Source: Protoeuglena noctilucae
Lineage: Eukaryota
Assembly: GCA_958009085.1 (NCBI GenBank)
Contig: OY253672.1
Span: forward strand, 992,001-1,056,000
Direction: 5' to 3'
Length of the DNA: 64,000 nt
Below, piece after piece: positions 62,201 to 64,000 of this stretch. How positions within the stretch are numbered: position 1 is the stretch's first letter; each line of letters starts with the position of its first letter. The position numbers were made by a program, and so were the translations under genes. The notes under the pieces were generated by a model. That model made no database searches. It was not told where the DNA came from and worked only from the letters and a program-made list of their open reading frames with translations.

Positions 62201-64000
62201 ACCTGCTGCACGGGCGGTATTTGGCGGAGCTGACGAAGGAGATGATCCAGGACCTGGAGGCCTCCAAGTACCAGCACGCCGAGTACAGGTGTGATGATGG
62301 GTGATAGATGGGTGATAGATGAGGGATGTGTGTGATAGAGGCTGTTTATGGATGGGCTTCCAAGTACCAGCACGCCGAGTACAGGTGGTGGAGGGGTGAC
62401 GTGATTGTGAGTGCATGGGGTGGTGTGGGGGTATGAGAGGGGTGGCATGCGGATCTAACCCTGCCTCCTTGTCTCTTCTGTGCTCATCTGACTTGTAGGA
62501 TCTCCATCTACTGTGTTTCACCATCTCTCCTGTGCCCCTTTCCCCCCCAGGACCTCCATCTGCGGTCCATTGTCTCTGTGTTTCACCGTTTCTCTTGTCC
62601 CCATCACACCCCCAGGATCTCCATATACGGTCGCCAGCAGCGGGAGTGGGACACGCTGGCAGCCTGGGTGGTGCAGAACAAGCTCTACTCCAACAACGTG
62701 GTGTGGATGATCCAGATACCCAGGTGAGACCTCAGATGGCATGCGAGGGGATGGCACGTTGCTGTACCTACGCACATCCCTGCAGCTCCCCTGGCCCCGT
62801 CTGCACCCCTGCACCGCACGCTGCCCCTCCCTGCACCCTCCCTACCGACCCCGCTACTCCTCCCACCCCACCCACCCCCTCACCCCCCCAGGCTGTACAA
62901 CGTGTACAAGGACCAGGGCCTGCTCGCCAACTTCCAGGAGATGCTCGACAACATCTTCGTGCCTCTCTTTGAAGTCACCGTGGACCCCAACAGCCACCCG
63001 CACCTCCACATGTTCTTGCGCATCGTGGTGGGGTTCGACATGGTGGACGACGAGGTGAGGGATATGTGGAATGGGTGTTGTTGGTATTACTATGGTGTGT
63101 GTGTGTGTGCATCGTGGTGGGGTTCGACATGGTCGACGACGAGGTGAGAGGTGGGGCGTGTACTGGTGGCTACCCTCACGTCCCCTTGCCGTCATCAACC
63201 CCCGCAGCCCCCCTCTCCTCCCCCCTCCCCAGTCCCACCATACTGCCCCCCTCACTGCACTGCCTCCCTCGCTCTCCCCCGCCCCCCCAGTCCCGCCCCG
63301 AGCGCCGCCCCAGCCCCAGCGTGCGCATGCCCGCGGAGTGGGACGGCATGCACAACCCGCCCCACGCCTACTACGCCTACTTCATCTACGCCAACCTCTA
63401 CACGCTCAACAAGATGAGGGAGGCCAGGGGGCTCAACACCTTCGCATTCCGGCCGCACTGGTGAGGCGGGGGGGGGCTGGGGAGAGGAGACGAGCCGTGA
63501 CTCCGCGATTTGGTACTAAGTAATTCTATGATTTTGGACAAACATGAGCACCTGCATTCCCACCCCCACCCTCACCCCCACCCTCACCCCCACCCTCACT
63601 GCCACCCTCACCCCCACCCCCACCCTCACCATCACCCACTACCATCCCTTCCCACCCCCTCCCCCCTCTCCCCACCCCCAGTGGTGAGGCGGGTGACGTG
63701 GATCACTTGGTGGCTGGCTTCATGCTCTGCCAGAACATCGCCCACGGCATCAACCTGCGCAAGTCGTCCAGTCTCCAGTACCTGTACTTCCTGGGGCAGA
63801 TCGGGCTGTGCATGAGCCCCCTCTCCAACAACTCCCTCTTCCTCGACTACCACCGGTGAGGGCAGTGGGTGTGGGTGTGGGTGTGTGAGTGCCTATGAGC
63901 GCAGCCCTTGTGGCGACCGTAACGAGGGGTGCGGGTATGGTGAGGGTAGCGCGAACTCCCCTCACCCTCCCCATTCACCCCCAGCAACCCCTTCCCCACC
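59215..64000 (+). CDS. AMPD: AMP deaminase, plant type with N-terminal TM anchor; 3'-truncated by window
   Basis: [78 protein letters not shown]. Confidence 0.97.
63560..63640. repeat. (CACCCY)n hexamer microsatellite in an AMPD intron
   Basis: cacccccaccctcacccccaccctcac... tandem array. Confidence 0.9.

Noticed and set aside
63510..63815. His-Pro repeat ORF (HPHPHP)
   Set aside because: Translation of an intronic (CACCCY)n microsatellite
1..64000. CRISPR arrays, tRNA/rRNA genes, transposases
   Set aside because: No repeat-spacer array, cloverleaf, rRNA signature or RT/transposase motif recognised by eye

Overview
Eukaryotic, very GC-rich, gene-dense nuclear DNA with short spliceosomal introns. 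It is most consistent with a flagellated chlorophyte green alga: TGTAA poly(A)-type signals, CFAP91 and ZBBX-like ciliary genes, and plant-type RBR, TyrRS and AMPD. About 23 spliced genes were reconstructed by eye, most of them housekeeping (POLA2, RMD1/DUF155, LSD1-like, RumA/TrmA, RBR, UXS, nocturnin, SET, choline kinase, TyrRS, SRP9, TruA/PUS, MnmE, L2HGDH, AMPD). The standout is a ~17.6 kb gene (10163-27730) for a ~5,500-aa type-I membrane glycoprotein. Its layout is a signal peptide, 4 bacterial-adhesin-like repeats, 5 inserted copies of a module resembling phage tail-sheath/flagellin domains, ~30 IPT/TIG domains, two GCxxPxAxNY repeats, a SEA-like domain, a TM helix and an RVxP-containing tail. 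Most of it lies on one ~14.2 kb exon. Other notable signals: a 146-aa stathmin-like gene head-to-head with an SSNA1/DIP13-like gene, about 11 GC-AG introns, duplicated exon-intron boundaries in AMPD introns, and an assembly gap that hides the RBR pocket. All family calls come from motif recall, not database searches, and some start codons are approximate.
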